Source: an uncultured delta proteobacterium
Lineage (GTDB): Bacteria; Desulfobacterota; Binatia; UBA9968
Length of the DNA stretch: 64,000 bases
NCBI GenBank assembly: GCA_963760795.1
Contig: CAVXEP010000019.1
Location: 96,001-160,000 of the forward strand
Reading direction: 5' to 3'
Shown here piece by piece: positions 21,730-32,579 of this stretch. Each line of letters begins with the position of its first letter. Positions within the stretch are counted from its first letter, which is position 1. Under the pieces are notes generated by a model. That model had not been told where the DNA came from and searched no databases. It was given only the letters and a program-made list of their open reading frames with translations. Made by a program: the position numbers and the translations under genes.

Positions 21730-21761
21730 CTCTCACGCCTCGCGCCTGTCACCTCACGCCT
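21730..21761. repeat. CCTCACG heptamer tandem repeats
   Basis: ctctcacgcctcgcgcctgtcacctcacgcct; reverse-complement family of the repeats at 1236-1262. Confidence 0.65.
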
Positions 21762-21773
21762 ATCGAATCACCT

Positions 21774-22757
21774 TTAGTTGGGCACCCAGGCCAGGGCGCC
21801 TCTAATCTCAGTGAACTCCCGCGTGAGTTTGATCCACCACTCGCCGCCGTCCGAGCTGGCGAACAGTTGGCCGTAGTGGCTGCATGCGAGGATCAGGTTG
21901 GGATCTGCGGGATGGGTCGCGAAGCACTCCATATGCGTATTCGGCGTGATCGGAAGGAGCGGCGTTTCCCAGCTATGGCCGCCGTCAGTGGAGCGCTGTA
22001 GGGCGCCGAGGCCACCCAGCGCGTCATCGCCGATGGCCGCCAGGATCACGTTTGGCTCGTCTAGTTTGAAAACCACGTTGCGGCAATACGGCAAGGGAAA
22101 GCGTCCGCGCACCCCGATAGCCTGCCAGTTGGCGCCGCCATCGGTGCTGACGCAGATCTCGTCGGGGATAGTGACGACCGCTGCGCCCGGTTTGCCCGGA
22201 AGTATCTTGATATCGTGGATGTCGGGCTCGTCCATGAGACCGCCGGATGGACGCGTCCATGTGTCGCCGCCATCCTGGCTCACGCGCACGCCGTCGACCT
22301 CGACCCCGGCCCAGACGAAATTGTGGTCCAACGGGTCGACCACCAGCGCCGTAACGCGCGGCTTGGTTACGTTCATGCACTCCGTGGCAAATCCCGCTGG
22401 GAGTTTTTCCCAGTGAAGACCGCCGTCGCGGGAGCGAAAGAGCGCCGGCAGAGCGGTGCCGGCGAACATGGTATCGGGGTCCACGGGGTCGATGGCAATG
22501 CGCCAGACGTTATACGCGTCCAACGGCGATTCAATGTGCTCGAAGGTCGCGCCGCGGTCTTCGCTTCGATAGATGCCATCGTCTGCGCCCGCGTAGATGA
22601 TCCGGGAATCCCGAGGATGCACCGCGAGACCAAAGACAGATCTCCCACCCTGGTATCCCTTCCATAGTTTGCTTCTAGCCCAGCTCTTGCCGCCGTCGGC
22701 GCTGCGCCACAAGCCCATGCCCAACGTGCCGACACAGATCGTAAAGTTCTTTGCCAT
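21774..22757 (-). CDS. BNR/Asp-box beta-propeller protein (Ycf48/WD40-YVTN-like)
   Basis: Repeated SxDGGxxW Asp-boxes; no signal peptide. Confidence 0.85.
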   Translation of the reverse strand: MAKNFTICVGTLGMGLWRSADGGKSWARSKLWKGYQGGRSVFGLAVHPRDSRIIYAGADDGIYRSEDRGATFEHIESPLDAYNVWRIAIDPVDPDTMFAGTALPALFRSRDGGLHWEKLPAGFATECMNVTKPRVTALVVDPLDHNFVWAGVEVDGVRVSQDGGDTWTRPSGGLMDEPDIHDIKILPGKPGAAVVTIPDEICVSTDGGANWQAIGVRGRFPLPYCRNVVFKLDEPNVILAAIGDDALGGLGALQRSTDGGHSWETPLLPITPNTHMECFATHPADPNLILACSHYGQLFASSDGGEWWIKLTREFTEIRGALAWVPN

Positions 22758-22823
22758 AGCTCCGTCTCCCTAACTGCTCCTAAGAAGGATTTTTGTTCTC
22801 GCGCCAAGACCACTAAAACCAAA

Positions 22824-23062
22824 CCCGAAATTCGAATATCGAAAGCGGCCCCGCGGACCGAAACAAACCGGGGCCAAAATAAATCTAAACCTGGAAAATC
22901 AAAAACCTTAAATCCGACTCAGGGTTGTTCTGAACATTGCATTTGTCTTTGTCATTTGAATTTGTTTCGAGCTTCGTGCTTCGGTCCGCGGGGCTTCTTT
23001 CGTGCTTTCTCTTTAGATCATTTGAATTTGTTTAGAGTTTCGGATTTCGAGTTTCGAATTTG
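22824..23062. repeat. Inverted heptamer-repeat element (TTCGAA type) with an internal 15-bp inverted repeat
   Basis: cgaaattcgaatatcgaaa ... tttcggatttcgagtttcgaattt; gccccgcggaccgaa 22848-22862 vs ttcggtccgcggggc 22980-22994. Confidence 0.75.
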
Positions 23063-23076
23063 TAATTTGTTTACGC

Positions 23077-25386
23077 TTAGCGTCCTTCGGCTTTCCGTAT
23101 CGCCGCCCAGAGTTTGGGCGCGGTGTAGGGCATGTCGATGTGGTCGATACCCAGGGGAGCCAGCGCGTCCATGACGGCGTTGGCCACAGCAGGCGGCGCT
23201 CCGTTGCATCCGGCCTCGCCCACGCCCTTGACTCCCAAAGGGTTAAATGGATTCGGCGTCACCGTCTCTCCCAATGTGATCTCGGGCATGTCACTGGCGC
23301 GCGGCACCGCGTAATTCATCAAAGAGTCGGTGAGCACCTCGCCGTCGGCGCCAAAGAGCATCTGTTCGCAAAGCGCTTCACCGAGCCCCTGAGCTACGCC
23401 TCCGTGAATCTGCCCATTGAGAATCATTGGGTTAATGACAACGCCGCAGTCATCGACCAGGACAAGTTTTTCAACCGTCGGCGTGCCCGTGTCCCGATCG
23501 ATTCTCACCAGCGCCAGATGCGCGCCGAAGCCCCAGGCCTCGCGCTTTGGATCAAAGAAGGCGGTCTCGTGCAGACCGGGCTCCATACCGCGTGGAAGGT
23601 TCATTCCGTACGCGGCGGCGGCGATTTGGCGCCAGGAAGCTTTTTTGTCGGGCACTCCAGCCACCGCCAAGCCGCCATCCGTCTGAACGATATCCTCGGC
23701 TGCCGCCTCCATCAAATGCGCGGCGATGCGGCGAGCCTTTTCAATGACCCGATCAATAGCCATCACCAAGGCTCCGCCCCCCATAATGGCACTGCGGCTG
23801 CCAAAGGTGCCGCCGCCCTCCTGAATCGTCAGGGTATCGCCGTGTCGAATCGCCACGTGATCCATGGAAACGCGCATCTTCTCGGCCGCCACCTGGGCAA
23901 ACACGGTCTCATGACCCTGACCGTGGGGGCTGGAACCGGTGAGCACGGTAATTTCTCCGCCGCGCTCCACCCGAACCGTTGCGCTCTCAAAGCCGGCGCC
24001 GCCACTCGGCTCAGCGAAAGTCGAGAGGCCCACGCCGACCAACTCGCCGCGTTCGCGCGCTTGGTCTCGGTAGCGAATAAGTTTTTCGTAGTCAGACAAG
24101 CGCAGCGCCTCGGCGAGCGACTTTTCATAGTCACCCGAGTCGTATTCGACGTTTACGCCCGTGCGGTATGGGAACTGGTCGGGGCGAATGAAATTTTTGC
24201 GCCGGATTTCCAGACGGTCCATGGCCAATTCGCGCGCCGCTTTGTCGATCAACCGCTCGATGTTAAGCACCGACTCCGGCCTCCCCGCGCCGCGATAGGG
24301 ACCGGTGGCAATGGTATTAGTAAAGACCGCGACTACCTCGACGGAGCAGTTTTGGATCTGGTAGCAGCCCGGGGCCATCGCCATCATGCGCAGCGGCGGT
24401 ATCGCGGAAAGGGAGTTCAGGTAAGCGCCCAGATTGCCGACCACGCGCACTTTCAAGCCGAGCATGGTGCCATCCCGCTTGAGGGCCAGCTCCGACGTCA
24501 TCACCTGGTCGCGCCCTTGATTCGTCGTGACGAAATCCTCGCTGCGCGTGGAGATCCACTGGACGGGCCGGCCGAGCTTCAGCGCCAGGTGGCTCGCCAG
24601 CGCGTCTTCTTGGTAGAGGAGTCCTTTGCTGCCGAACCCGCCACCGACATCAGGCGCGATGACGCGGATCCTGTGCTCAGGAAATCCAATCGCGGTGGCC
24701 AGATCCGTGCGCACTCGGTGCGGGCTCTGAGTTGAGAGCCAAACAGTCAGATCTCCCGTCGGTTCCGGCTTCGCCACGATGCCTCTCGGCTCCATTGCCA
24801 TCGCTACCAAGCGCGGGCTAGCGATGCGCAGGCGAATGATATGCTCGGCCTCGGCGAATGCTTTGTCGACGTCGCCGCCATTTTTTGTCGCGATGTAGCA
24901 CAGGTTGCTATCCAGCTCCTCGCGGGCGAGTGGCGCGCCGGGCTCCAGCGCTTTTTCGGCACTCACCACTGCCGGCAGCGCTTCGTATTCCACAATGATA
25001 GCGCTCGCCGCATCCTGGGCGAGGGCGCGGCTTTCAGCAACCACCGCCGCCACGGGAGTGCCGGCCGCGTGGACTGCCCCACGCGCCAGCAGCGGATGGG
25101 GCGGTATCTTCATGCCGGGCACCATCGGAATAGCCGGGATATGCAACCGCTCACTGAGGTCATCGCCGGTCACCACGGCGATCACTCCGGCCATTGCCTT
25201 CGCTGCGCTTGTATCGATGGAAATTATTTTCGCATGTGGGTGGAGGCTACGCAGAAAAGCCATGTGGAGCATTCCAGGTAGCCGGATGTCCTCCGTATAA
25301 TATCCTTTGCCGGTAATCAGGGGCGCGTCCTCGACGCGCCGTATAGACGCGCCAATAAGTCCAGTCGTGGTGGGTTCTGTTGTCAT
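23077..25386 (-). CDS. Xanthine oxidase family molybdopterin-binding large subunit (CoxL form II-like)
   Basis: RVEDAPLITGKG, DVGGGFGSK, PYRGAGRPE, HGQGHET, GVKGVGEAG. Confidence 0.92.
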   Translation of the reverse strand: MTTEPTTTGLIGASIRRVEDAPLITGKGYYTEDIRLPGMLHMAFLRSLHPHAKIISIDTSAAKAMAGVIAVVTGDDLSERLHIPAIPMVPGMKIPPHPLLARGAVHAAGTPVAAVVAESRALAQDAASAIIVEYEALPAVVSAEKALEPGAPLAREELDSNLCYIATKNGGDVDKAFAEAEHIIRLRIASPRLVAMAMEPRGIVAKPEPTGDLTVWLSTQSPHRVRTDLATAIGFPEHRIRVIAPDVGGGFGSKGLLYQEDALASHLALKLGRPVQWISTRSEDFVTTNQGRDQVMTSELALKRDGTMLGLKVRVVGNLGAYLNSLSAIPPLRMMAMAPGCYQIQNCSVEVVAVFTNTIATGPYRGAGRPESVLNIERLIDKAARELAMDRLEIRRKNFIRPDQFPYRTGVNVEYDSGDYEKSLAEALRLSDYEKLIRYRDQARERGELVGVGLSTFAEPSGGAGFESATVRVERGGEITVLTGSSPHGQGHETVFAQVAAEKMRVSMDHVAIRHGDTLTIQEGGGTFGSRSAIMGGGALVMAIDRVIEKARRIAAHLMEAAAEDIVQTDGGLAVAGVPDKKASWRQIAAAAYGMNLPRGMEPGLHETAFFDPKREAWGFGAHLALVRIDRDTGTPTVEKLVLVDDCGVVINPMILNGQIHGGVAQGLGEALCEQMLFGADGEVLTDSLMNYAVPRASDMPEITLGETVTPNPFNPLGVKGVGEAGCNGAPPAVANAVMDALAPLGIDHIDMPYTAPKLWAAIRKAEGR

Positions 25387-25431
25387 GATGAAACCTCGCC
25401 AGAAAAGCAAAGCGCAAAGGGCATGGCGCCC

Positions 25432-25689
25432 AATTGAATTGCGGATTTGACATTGCGGAGTGCGGATTTAAAGTCAATCGCGAAAGAGTCAATCGAAACT
25501 TGATCCATTGTTGTACCCATCAATCCAAAATCGAATCCGCAATCCGCAATCATCTGATCACCTTATCCGCTCTCGCCAGCACATTCATTGGATTTTGGAT
25601 TATCGGACCGAAGCCACAGAATTGCCGTCCGAAATGTCTTTGTCATGTCCGAGTCCCTCAATCGAAAATCGGCAGTCTAAAATCCAAAA
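25432..25689. repeat. Two inverted heptamer-repeat elements (AATCCGC and AATCCAA types)
   Basis: ttgcggatt...aatccgcaatccgcaat; ttggattttggatt...aatcgaaaatc...aaaatccaaaat. Confidence 0.75.
25550..25588 (-). pseudogene. Isolated 3' end of an ABC_sub_bind gene (MNVLARADKVIR*)
   Basis: Translation matches the C-termini of the neighbouring paralogs (EVLARASKIIR, EFLSRANRVIK, EVLARATRIIK). Confidence 0.7.
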
Positions 25690-26679
25690 TTACTTGATGA
25701 CCCGATTCGCCCGCGAGAGAAACTCCGGCGAGAGTGTCAGACCGATCTGTTTCGCCGCTTTCAAGTTGATGACAAACTCAAACTTGGTCGCCTGCTGCAC
25801 CGGCAGGTCAGCCGGCTTGGCGCCTTTCAAGATCTTGTCGACGTAGTGGGCGGCCTTGCGGAACAGGTCATCGTAGTCCGCCCCGTAGGACATGAGACCG
25901 CCCTCATCGACAAACTCCTTCTGAAAGTAAATAGCCGGCAACCGGTATTTGCCGGCAAGCTCGACGATCCGCTTTCTTTCGGCGAAAAAGGGGCGACTGG
26001 TGATCGTCATAATCGCGCCCACCTGCTTCTGCTTTGCGGTTTGAAAGGCGCTCTCTAAACCTTTGGCGTCGGGTTGAGTCTCGATCTCCTCCAATTTTAG
26101 CTTCAGTGCCACAGCCGCAGGCCTGAGCTCTTTCAGTTGGAGTTGATCCTATGCCGCCTCCCGGCCGGCCGCAGAAGTCCAACTCGGGCGAGCTTGGGGA
26201 TTGCGTCCTTGAGTATCTCTAGCCTTTTGCGTGTTTAGCTCGGTGACTAAATTCGAGAGCCCGGTGACATTGCCTCCCGGCCGCGCCAGACTGGCAACCA
26301 GACCTGCACCCACGGGGTCCCCAGCGCTCGCCATCACGATGGGGATGGTAGTAGTGGCGTTCTTCGCCGCTAACGCCGATGGTGTCCCTGAGGCCACGAT
26401 CAGATCAACCTTAAGACGAACCAAGTCCGCCGCAAGCTCAGGTAGGCGCTCAGCTTTTGCTCTGCAAATCGGTACTCGATGGTGATATTCTTTCCCTCAA
26501 TCCATCCAAGCTTGGTCAGCTCTTGCCGGAACGCCTCCAAGAGGACCGCGCATACCAGAAGCAGTGCTATTATCCAGGAAACCGATGCGAAAGATTTTTC
26601 CAGCCTGCTGCGCGTTGGCGATGGGACCAGAAATCACAATGGCAGTTGCCAGTAGCCAGATGACAATGGATTTCATCAT
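25690..26679 (-). CDS. ABC_sub_bind substrate-binding protein, copy B (several frameshifts)
   Basis: QQAGKIFRIGFLD, LVRLKVD, LARPGGNVTG, GGLMSYG, KPADLPVQQATKFE in successive frames. Confidence 0.88.
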
Positions 26680-26746
26680 GGATTTGTCTCCGATGTTTTT
26701 GCTGACAACCGACCGCTGATCTCTGACTTTTGATCTCTGGTGTCTG

Positions 26747-27741
26747 TCATTTGATTATCCTAGTCGCCCGCGCCAGCACCTCCGGCGCAATCGTCACGCC
26801 GATCTGCTTGGCCGTCTTGAGATTGATCACGAACTCAAACTTCATCGGCTGCTCCACCGGCAGGTCGGCGGGCTTGGCGCCCTTCAGGATTCTGTCCACG
26901 TAATATGCGACGCGCCGGTAGCTGTCCGCTAGGTCCGCCCCGTAGGACATGAGCCCACCGGCATCTACATCTTCTCTGTTGGTGTACATCGACGGTAACC
27001 GGCTCTTTAAGGCAAAGCCCGCGATCCGTTTTTCGTTAGCACGCATTAGCGGGCCCCCGGGCACGTAGAGTCCATCCGGGCGCTGCTTGTTTAGCGCAGC
27101 GAATACCTTCTCGAAACCGTCCGCAGTCTCGTACCTCCCAAGGCTGAATAGTCAACCTCAGCGCACGCGCCGCGACTGGGAGAACCTCTTTCACCTCGAT
27201 TACACTGGCCGGATTGGCCGGATCGTAGAGAACCGCGACACGGGCAAGTTTCGGAACGGCTTCTTTGAGCAGCTCCAGCCGCTTCCCGCCTAGTTCTCTG
27301 GCAAGGTTTGTAATGCCGGTGACGTTGCCGCCGGGACGGGCAAGGCTTTCAACCAGGCCTGCCTCGACAGGATCGAGCCCACCGCCCACCATAACGATGG
27401 GAATCGTCTTGGTCGCATTCTTGGCCGCCCGGACCAGTCTGGTCCCTCCTGCTACCACGATGATATCAACCTTGAGACGCACCAGCTCGGCCGCAAGCTC
27501 AGGGAGCCGATCGTTCTTCCCCTCCGTATATCGGTACTCGGTGGCGATGTTCTGTCCTTCTATGTAGCCACGCTCGCGCAGAGCCAGCCGAATTGCCTCG
27601 GCACGGGTGGACTCACGTAGCTGCATCGTCCACCGATAGATACCCTATCCGCGGGACTTTCTTCGGCTGCTGGGCTTGAACTGGAAAGCTATGAGCAAGA
27701 AGCAGGACGCAAAGAATCCGTCCCGTGATTTTTTTGTGCAT
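26747..27741 (-). CDS. ABC_sub_bind substrate-binding protein, copy C (frameshifted)
   Basis: MHKKITG signal peptide, QQPKKVPRIGYL; same family motifs; very similar to copy A at DNA level. Confidence 0.9.
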
Positions 27742-27835
27742 GGAGCAACCCTCACTCTAGCCCCGTCGAAGTCAGAGAGAGAACTCGAATTTAGATGCGA
27801 GAAAAATTGATGCCGTTTCTAATTCCGCAGCCGAT

Positions 27836-28829
27836 TCATCGCGCCTTGATGCCTAGCTCCGCTTGCGCCTCGCGCAAGAATGTTAGATCCGCCACATCGT
27901 TGGCGGCGATTTCGCGGGTAACTTTGGCGTTGCGGCGGGCTTGGTCGATGACCAACTTCAAGCCGTCTTCGGGCACGGCGCCGTCGCTGTTGAACAACAC
28001 TCGCAGCGCGTCGTAGGAGGCGTAGGCGAATTCGCGTTCGACCTTGCCCCAGGCGATCAGCGTGCGGGCGGACTCGTCGCGGTTGTCGCGGATGAAGCGA
28101 TTCGCTTTTACCGTCGCTTTGATGGCGCGGCGTATCTCCTGCGGCTTCTCTTTAATTTTGCGCAGATGGGTGCCGAGACCGAGGTAGGGGAAATTGAACA
28201 GCTCGTAGGCGCGGGCCAAGATTTTGTAGCCTTGTTTCTCCAGCTGGGTGTCGGCGGGAGGCGACATGACAACGACGTCAACGATGCGCTGCATCAGCGC
28301 GGTCATGCGCGCGGCGTCGGAGCCGAGGGCGAGGATTTTGATTTCCTTGTCGCTATCGATGCCGGCCTGTTTGATCATCATGCGGGCGGCGACATCGGGA
28401 GTGGCGCCGAAGCTGCTGATGCCGAGGGTTTTGCCTTTGAGGTCTTTGAGCGTTTTGATCTCCGGTTGGGCGATCAGCGTCATCGGCCAGTTGTCGAGAA
28501 ATCCGGCGACGATCCGCACCGGCAGGCCGGAAACCGCGCCGCCGACGACGGCGCCGAAGAGTTGGCAGTAGTCGACGTCGCCGGTGGCCAGCGCCGTGAT
28601 CGCGACGTTGGGATTCATGCGGATGATCTCGGCGTCGAGATTCTCATCCTTGAAGAACCCGCGCTTCAGCGCCATCTGCGACGGTGAGATTGGGCATGTT
28701 CGGATTCGACACCGCGATGCGAATGCGCTCAGCGGCGTGGCTGGGGGAGCCGAGGCAGAAGCAGGCCGCAATCGCGGCGATGAAGATAAACCGTAACGAG
28801 TTCGGACTTTGAAATCTGCGACTTGTCAT
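27836..28829 (-). CDS. NMT1/SsuA-like ABC substrate-binding protein, frameshift near 28680
   Basis: Signal peptide, GFFKDENLD, DLKGKTLGISSFG, DLTFLREAQ. Confidence 0.85.
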
Positions 28830-28855
28830 TTGCGACCAGACGGCCTCGCCGTCGG

Positions 28856-29276
28856 TTACCGCTCCTGCACCACGTTGAATCCGCTGTAGCCGCGAATTTT
28901 GTCGATCCGCACCAGCACGCCGTAACCTTTGCGCTCGGGGTCTTTGTCGAGTTCGCCTTTGACCGTGCGGCGCATGATCTGTTGGCGGATGTCGCCGTCC
29001 TTGTGGATCGTCGCCGTGCCGTAGAAGCGCCAGCCCAAGCGGTTTTCTTTGTCATAGAAGAGCATGCAGACATGCGGGCTTCTTTTCCAGATTGGTCGTG
29101 CTGGCGCCGAAGGAGCGGTCCCAGAAGGCGATATGCTCATCGTCGAAAACAAACGTGCTGCCGCGAAAGCTCATGTCGGGAAAGCCGTCGTCCGAGGTGG
29201 TCGCCCAGACGCAGTATTTCTTTTCCTCGAAAGCCTTGTCGACTCGCTGTTGCATTTCCTCGGTGATCTTGATCAT
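28856..29276 (-). CDS. Pyridoxamine 5'-phosphate oxidase-like FMN-binding protein, frameshift near 29085
   Basis: WATTSDDGFPDMSFRGS, then GWRFYGTA...VRIDK. Confidence 0.78.
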
Positions 29277-29508
29277 GTTGTTTCGTCCCACGTTGCAATA
29301 TTTCCTATGGGGAAGCGTGGCGGCTGTCAAGCGATTGTTGCCAGCGATGCCGAGTGTATCGACGGTTATTGCCAGGCTTTGCTAGCATCCGCCGCGACGA
29401 ATTTTAGAGCTAATCGCATGCTCGCAAGCGGAAAAAGTCACTCCCGCTAACGAGACTTACGCCACAGGGTCGACGGCGACCGGCTGGGGCATCAGACTCG
29501 CGTACTTT

Positions 29509-31083
29509 TTGCTCGACCGCACACCGCTCGGTTGGCTCGTTCGCCAGGTGGCGGCGATCCAGGCGTCGGTGCATGCCAAACTGATCACGGCTTTTCTCAT
29601 CGTCACCTTCCTGGTAGTCGCCATGGGCGCGTTGAGTTTGCAGGTGATTAATCAAACCGCGCAGCAGAGCTTGTTGTTGGACGAAGCGCATAAGAGTGTC
29701 GAATGGTCGCGCCAGATCCAACATGAGCTGGCGCTGCAGATGAATTTTACCGCCATGGCTTTGTTGCTCAAGGACGAGGCGACGGTGGCGAAGATTTTAC
29801 GCGCCAATAATCGCTTTAACAACTATCTCGCGCTGATCGCCGAGGCGGCGCCGGCGGACGAGCAAGGCGTCATCGATCAGATTCGTGCCGCGCAGGGAAC
29901 CGCCTTGACCACCGTGGCTGACATCGCCAATCTGTTGCGCGACGGCAAGGCGAGCGAGGCGATGAGTTTGCAGCAGAACAAGGGCTATCCGCTCTACGAG
30001 CAGATCGCCGGCCTGGTCGATCGGGTGGTGGCCAGCGAGCAGTCGAAAATGGCCGGGTTGAGAGCCAACGTTGCGGCGGCGACGCGGCGCACGCAACTGC
30101 TGATGGCCGTATTCGTCGTCGTCGCGATACTCTTGGCATTGCTGCTCGGTTTTGTCATTTCATGGTCGTTCATCATGCCGGTGCAGCAGGCTCATGGTTT
30201 TCTCACCGAGGTCGCCAAGGGTAATTTCCAAGCCACGATCGAGGTGCCTAACCGCGACGAGTTTGGCGTGCTCGCCGACCGGATGAATCATATGAGCCAG
30301 GAGCTGCATCAATTGTACGAAAAGCAGCGCGACGCCGGGCTGGAACTGCAACGGCTCAACCGCCAGCTCACCGAGGCGAGCCGGGCCAAGTCGGAATTTC
30401 TCGCCAACATGAGCCACGAGCTGCGCACGCCGATGAACGCGATCTTGGGCTTCATCGAGATGCTGCTTGACGATCTCTATGGCGAGGTGCCGGCGGCGCT
30501 GCGCGAGCCGCTACACGACGTCCAGATCAACGGCAAACACTTGCTCAATCTGATCAACGACGTGCTCGATCTCTCCAAGATCGAAGCCGGTCGCATGGAA
30601 CTGACGCTGTCGGAATACTCGGTTCAAGATGTCATCGAAGCGGTTTGCGCGTCGTTACAATCGCTGGCGGCGGAGAAGGGGCTCGAATTTTCCGCCAAAG
30701 CCCAGCCGGAGATTCCCCTGGCCTATGGCGACGGCAAGCGCGTCACCCAATGCATTATGAACCTGGCCGGCAACGCCTTGAAATTCACTAATCGAGGCCA
30801 AGTGGAAATTTCCGTCGAACGGCGGAACGGTTTACTGCGCTATCGCGTCTCTGACACCGGCATCGGCATTCCCCCCGACCAATTGGAAAAGGTCTTCGGC
30901 GAGTTTCGCCAGGTCGATGCCGCCATCACCCGCGAATACGGCGGCACCGGTTTGGGTTTGAGCATCACCAAGAAATTCGTCGAACTGCACGGCGGGCGGA
31001 TTTGGGTGGAAAGCGATCTCGGCCAAGGTTCGAGGTTTTTTTTCGAAATCCCGCTGCGCTGTGAAGGAGGGGCGACTGAATGA
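29509..31083 (+). CDS. Membrane sensor histidine kinase (periplasmic helical sensor, HAMP, HisKA, HATPase); true start may be near 29418
   Basis: Two TM helices, [36 protein letters not shown]. Confidence 0.92.
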   Translation: MLDRTPLGWLVRQVAAIQASVHAKLITAFLIVTFLVVAMGALSLQVINQTAQQSLLLDEAHKSVEWSRQIQHELALQMNFTAMALLLKDEATVAKILRANNRFNNYLALIAEAAPADEQGVIDQIRAAQGTALTTVADIANLLRDGKASEAMSLQQNKGYPLYEQIAGLVDRVVASEQSKMAGLRANVAAATRRTQLLMAVFVVVAILLALLLGFVISWSFIMPVQQAHGFLTEVAKGNFQATIEVPNRDEFGVLADRMNHMSQELHQLYEKQRDAGLELQRLNRQLTEASRAKSEFLANMSHELRTPMNAILGFIEMLLDDLYGEVPAALREPLHDVQINGKHLLNLINDVLDLSKIEAGRMELTLSEYSVQDVIEAVCASLQSLAAEKGLEFSAKAQPEIPLAYGDGKRVTQCIMNLAGNALKFTNRGQVEISVERRNGLLRYRVSDTGIGIPPDQLEKVFGEFRQVDAAITREYGGTGLGLSITKKFVELHGGRIWVESDLGQGSRFFFEIPLRCEGGATE

Positions 31084-31451
31084 GCAAGACAATTCTCTAC
31101 GTCGAGGACAACGAATTCAATCTGAAAATCGTCCGCCAGTTGTTAAGCCGCACCTCGTACCGGTTGATCGAGGCCATGGATGGCGAGAGCGGCGTTGCCA
31201 CGGCGCAAAACGAATTGCCCGATCTCATTCTGATGGACGTCCAACTGCCCAAGCTGTCCGGTCTCGACGCGACGCGCCAGCTGCGCGCCGATGCCAAAAC
31301 CGCGGCGATTCCAATTGTCGTCATCACTTCCTTCGCGCTCAGTGGCGATGCCGAGAAGGCCAAGGCCGCCGGCGCGTCGGCCTATCTAGCCAAGCCCTAC
31401 AGTCCAAGGGAACTTTTGCAGATGATTCGCAATCTGGTTCCGGAGAATTGA
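31080..31451 (+). CDS. Single-domain response regulator (DivK-like)
   Basis: [19 protein letters not shown]. Confidence 0.92.
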   Translation: MSKTILYVEDNEFNLKIVRQLLSRTSYRLIEAMDGESGVATAQNELPDLILMDVQLPKLSGLDATRQLRADAKTAAIPIVVITSFALSGDAEKAKAAGASAYLAKPYSPRELLQMIRNLVPEN

Positions 31452-31471
31452 TTCGCGTTGCAAGCAGATTT

Positions 31472-32534
31472 ATGGCCGATTCAATGCCAAAAATTCTCGC
31501 CGTCGATGACAATAAGCAGAACCTCGAACTGCTGACTCGATCGTTGAGCGCGGCCAAGTACGAAGTCATCACCGCCGGCGACGGGCCGAGCGCATTGCAG
31601 CTGATCGACGGCAGCGCGGTGGATTTGGTGTTGCTCGACGTCATGATGCCGGGGATGTCGGGCTACGAGGTCTGCGAAAGGATTCGCGCCAACGACGCGA
31701 CGCGGCTTTTGCCGGTCGTCATGCTCACCGCCCTGCATGACGTGTCGCACCGGATTCAGGGTATCGCCGCCGGCGCCGACGATTTTTTGACCAAACCATT
31801 TAACCGCGAAGAGCTGCTGACACGGGTGAAATCTTTGCTGCGGATTAAAACACTTTATGACGACATCGAAACCAAGAATGTTTTGCTGCGCCGGGTGATC
31901 GGCCGCTATGTTTCGGAAGAGGTCGCCGACGAAATCGTCGCCGATCCTGGACGGCATTTTAAATTGGGCGGCGAGAAGCGCGATGTCACCGTGCTGTTTG
32001 GCGATCTGCGCGGCTTCACGCCCATGGCGGAACGGCTCGATCCCCGAGGACGTGGTCGAGATTCTCAATGTCTATCTGAGCCATGTCGTTGATCTCGTCT
32101 TTGAGTTTCGCGGCAATCTTGACAAGTTTCGCGGCGACGGCTTCATGGCATTCTTCGGCGCGCCGCTGGCCCATGGCGACGATGCCGCGAGCGCGGTACG
32201 CTGCGCCCTGGCTTTGCAGGAACGGCTCAAAAGTATTAGCTTCGCGAAGTTTCCCGACCTCCGTCTGTCGGCGGGCATCGGCATCAACAGCGGCGCGGTG
32301 ATCGCCGGCAACGTCGGCTCGGAACGGCGCGCCGACTACACGGTGATCGGCAACGAGGTCAATCTGGCGCAGCGCTTCGAAGCCAACGCCGGGCCGGGCC
32401 AAGTTCTTATCACCGGCGCCACCTACGAGCGGGTCAAAGAATCTATCGATGTGCGCGATCTTGGTCGCTTGCGCGTGACCGGCATGCAAGACGGGGTGAT
32501 GGCTTACGACGTGCTGCGTTGGCGCGCGGCGTAA
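31472..32534 (+). CDS. Response regulator fused to a class III adenylate cyclase, frameshift near 32042
   Basis: REC (AVDD, LLDVMMP, KPF) plus VLFGDLRGFT, DKFRGDG, YTVIGNEVNLAQR. Confidence 0.88.
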
Positions 32535-32579
32535 TTGATTTAGCAACAACGAAATTAGTAACAGGAGAAATCGCAAGTT

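Noticed and set aside
23140-24735. Long 531-aa plus-strand ORF and similar antisense ORFs
   Set aside because: Shadow frames of GC-rich genes with no motifs.
23077-25386. Form I aerobic CO dehydrogenase
   Set aside because: The loop is PYRGAGR, not AYXCSFR, and coxM/coxS are absent.
17497-27741. Classical diversity-generating retroelement
   Set aside because: No reverse transcriptase or separate template repeat in the window; differences span the whole gene and are not adenine-only.
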